Assembly (NCBI RefSeq): GCF_030028105.1
Contig: NC_092381.1
Span: forward strand, 41,579,474-41,643,473
Origin: Mobula birostris
Taxonomy: Eukaryota
Length of the DNA stretch: 64,000 nucleotides
Reading direction: 5' to 3'
The position numbers and the translations under genes were made by a program. The notes beneath the pieces are model-generated. The model worked only from the letters and a program-made list of their open reading frames with translations. It did no database searches and was not told the origin of the DNA. Positions 62,081-64,000 of this stretch are shown one piece after another (the first letter of the stretch is position 1; each line of letters begins with the position of its first letter).

Positions 62081-64000
62081 AGGGACTCTATGACTTGGAT
62101 GGATAAATAAGTGAAAGTAGTGTTTAAGTAGTGTCTGTATTTTAAATATTGTTAATGTTCTCAATAATCTATATAAGTACACTTTTCAGTATCTTTTTGG
62201 AACATGCCTTGTGTTTTTCAAAATTATTTATTTTAACTCTATCAGAGAATTGAGAACAGGTAGTTCATTTAGATAGTCCAAAAGCAGACTGCCGGTTTAT
62301 AGGCTGGGGCCTAGTTGTTGCTCTTTCATCACCCCACTTTGCAGGATGGCCACATCAGTCAGGCCTCAATTTCAATTGGACCCGCGGGGCTGCAAATGGA
62401 ATTGTGTGGGTGGTGGGGTGATGAATTCAAGGCTCAGACCAGGTCAAGCAGAATCCAGCCCATTAATTCCTTCTTGGTCGTTGAGCTGTTAATTTCATAG
62501 CCTTTCAACCTGATTTGTTATGGGTATGCACAGTTGCTTGGCCTGTTCACTGGGACTCCAGGTGACCTGTTTTCTTTGCTGCCCCGTTAGCTTGTACACT
62601 CAGCAATTTGCCACGCAAAGACTTTTTAAGATGCAATGGCACATCTGATTAACACCAGATGGTGTTAAAAGCCCTGCTTTAGCAAACTATGGAATCATGA
62701 AATAGACATATAATTCAGAACCGAAGGGGGTAGTTTGAAACATCATAATTGTAATGAGTTTTGATAAGATGCATTAAGTTAATCACAATTTCTTGTTCTT
62801 TCCGTGCTGCCTTGCAAATTTATCACCTGCATCAAATGCCCTTTTGAAAATTACTATTTTTAGCTGATGTATTTAATTATTATTCATGATAATTGGAAAG
62901 GTACCATCCAGCTTGGTGAGGAAAGGGACACCTGCTGTTAATAATCTCAATTTTATTAATAATATCAATCAATTTTTATTTCCTGATGTCCATACCACTA
63001 GCTACGCATTTTCTACTAAGGAGAGAAAACCCAATGGCCGAGTCATCCCATGCACTGTGTGCACGGTATCTTTTGTATCCCAATGGCTGGCTATAGAAGA
63101 GATTGGCTTGTCCCTGCTTTCACCAATAAACAAATGCATCTGTGATTTTACTACTTTAAAAACAAAGAGGCACGTATAAATTAATGAGGTTTTCTCTTCT
63201 CTCTCCTTGAACAAGTTAAACAATTGTTTCATTCAAAAGCTTCTCTTTGATATATTTATACATCAAAACGTGTGTAACCTTTACTGAGATCTCAATTTCA
63301 AATTGTGCATTTCATAAATATTAGCTTGAATTAGTTTGCTCACTTAATGATCACCAGAGCTGGTTAGGCAGCTGGAAAGAATTGGCCCTTTTGGCATTTT
63401 TTATTTGGAAGGTCTTCAAAGCATCAGCTCCTTGTGATCACTACACTGAACAGAAAATAGAAGAGGGCCACATATGAAGAAATGTTAAAATTTGCAAACT
63501 GCCTTTTTCAAATGAGTTCAAGTCGGACTTGTGCATAGTCTGGCAGTGAAATAAACGTTGGGAACGATTCTGCAGTCAACACGTTCCTTTGCAAAGTTTA
63601 CAATTCCACCAATACCTCTTATTGACCATGTTCCATGCCACAGCTGGTTTGGGTTTGTATTTCTGTGTGGCCCCCCTCAGCAGTCAACGAACTGGTGGTC
63701 CTGCAGATTTTCCTGCTTTGTCTCTCTCCAAAAGAAAAACAATTAATTCAGTGCACAACTCTTTCTGCAAGCTGAGTAAAGAATTTGGCCTAAATATTAG
63801 ATTCTTGTCATGCTGTTTTTTTTCTCAGTACAATGGAATAATTAAGTGACAAAATGATATCTGTATTCATTTCTGTTGTGGTTTACACCATTCAGGATAC
63901 TAGATCAGTTCCTTCGAGCATTATTTCATTGTTATACTGAGCATATGAGCAGTGTACTTCAATAATATAATTTCACATGTTCTTCATTGTGAGATTCTTC

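Overview
Non-coding, repeat-dominated vertebrate DNA. The repeat families (CR1 with octamer tails, V-SINEs, Rex1/Babar, Penelope-like elements) suggest a cartilaginous fish, probably a ray; this is inference. No host protein-coding gene could be identified; the only candidate is one isolated 47-nt exon on the - strand. Most recognisable ORFs in the track derive from transposons. Contents: many CR1 LINEs (one ORF2 nearly intact at 40073-43104, one near-full-length decayed copy with a tandemly repeated 5' region), Rex1/Babar, L1, L2-like and R4/Dong fragments, tRNA-derived SINEs, two solo LTRs, and Tc1 and Harbinger derivatives. The most notable system is a family of about 11 Penelope-like (GIY-YIG) insertions. 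Their terminal repeat carries a 36-nt minimal hammerhead-ribozyme motif (AGTC-CTGACGA-stem II-GAAACGTC-GACT), and they repeatedly inserted as long inverted-repeat palindromes bounded by single 12-14 bp target-site duplications (TSDs). All calls come from reading the sequence by eye; no searches were run and many boundaries are approximate.
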